DNA from: Squalus acanthias
Lineage: Eukaryota
Direction: 5' to 3'
NCBI GenBank assembly: GCA_030390025.1
Contig: CM059432.1
Span: 119,972,001-120,036,000 of the forward strand
DNA: 64,000 nucleotides
This document shows, piece by piece, positions 63,012 through 64,000 of the stretch. How positions within the stretch are numbered: position 1 is the stretch's first letter; each line of letters begins with the position of its first letter. The notes beneath the pieces were generated by a model, which did no database searches, was not told where the DNA came from, and was given only the letters and a program-made list of their open reading frames with translations. The position numbers and the translations under genes are program-made.

Positions 63012-63937
63012 GTGCCTTGTAGATGGTGAAAAGGCTTTGGGGAGTCAGGAGGTGAGACACTCACCACAGAATACCCAGCCTCTGACCTGCTCTTTTTGCC
63101 ACAGTATTTATGTGGCTGGTCCAATTAAGTTTCTGGTCAATGATGACCCCCAGGATGTTGATGGTGGGGGATTCGACGATGGTACTGCTGTTGAATGTCA
63201 AGGGGCGGTGGTTAGAAGCTTGCTTGTTGGAGATAGTCATTGCCTGGCACTTGTGTGGCGTGAATGTTACCTGCCACTTATCAGCCCAAGCCTGAACATC
63301 GTCCATTATGAGGCAGGAGCTTCAATGTATCACGGCTTATTCTAGGGTGATGGTAAATTTATTGATGATTAGTATATAAAGCCAAAATAAAACCATTATC
63401 ATTCTTTTGCAAATCATTTTGAAACTAGAACGCTTGTTTTCAATGTGATTTGCATCATGCTATAATTTCTTTCCACAAAATATTTTCAGAAAAACCTAAA
63501 TTTTTTAAAGAGGCATTTTTTACGCCATGTTAGCTGTTGAAGAATTGCACATTGAAGCAGAATCACGGTCTATTGTAATGCAGCTTATGAAAACTGTTTA
63601 AGAACTTTTTCAAACGTATTTTTTGTTCACAGTGATAATTGATGTTAAAAGCATCACAGCAATCATTTTCTAAGAGCACGTTGTAATATTAATAAAGGCA
63701 GGTTTGTGTTGGGAGCGATTTCAGTTTGAGGCAGTTGGCCATTTAGCCATTTTTTTATACAAAGGCACAGTGCTTTTTGTCGGATTTGTCTCTTCTTTTT
63801 CTTACTCTTTCTCTGGGGGGATCTTTTGACATTGGGTGAAAGTGTAAAACGGGCGATATCGATTTATCCTCCTGTTATGCTTCTCTCCTGATTTTAATTT
63901 CCATTGAATAGGAAATGAAAATCAGGAGAGATGTATA

Positions 63938-64000
63938 GGGGGAAAAATTCAGCTGCTTGCGCCTCCCGTTAGCGCCTTAAGAGGGCGCTAATGGGGCGTA
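63938..64000 (+). mobile_element. Left end of another H3-family Harbinger, inserted in a palindromic MITE (about 63815-63937)
   Basis: GGGGGAAAAATTCAG.TG.TTGCGCCTCCCGTTAGC.CCTTAAGAGGGCGCTAATGGGGCG closely matches 37102-37164. Confidence 0.9.

Larger units (their letters stand above)
59625..63305 (-). mobile_element. Third-family non-LTR 3' fragment (59625-60141 plus 63009-63305) split by a young CR1; extra short piece at about 59460-59555
   Basis: WADKWQVTF..KCQ..LGVIIDQKLNWTSHI..; homologous to 3301-3677. Confidence 0.82.

Overview
Eukaryotic (vertebrate, most likely shark/chondrichthyan by inference from its repeat families) non-genic DNA made almost entirely of nested transposable elements; no host gene exon could be supported. 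The window holds: the 5' part of a decayed Ty3/Gypsy LTR retrotransposon (short LTR and tRNA-Ser PBS visible); many CR1 LINE pieces, two of them young with long open ORF2s; an L2 LINE; a third non-LTR family; DeuSINE-like SINEs; and an unusually dense set of PIF/Harbinger DNA transposons (at least 7 gene-bearing copies from several families plus MITEs), built from a HARBI1-like DDE nuclease gene converging on a 3-exon Myb/SANT-like gene. Highlights: (i) a nearly intact, apparently young autonomous Harbinger at 37102-41261 (open nuclease ORF; the partner gene has a single +1 base in a homopolymer), with a sister copy starting at 63938; (ii) three ~200-245 bp palindromic retro-insertions with 10-14 bp TSDs carrying minimal hammerhead-ribozyme motifs (Penelope-like pLTR derivatives), with a compensatory change in stem I; (iii) multi-level nesting that creates chimeric long ORFs and a LINE-associated deletion. 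Coordinates were read by eye and may be off by a few bases.
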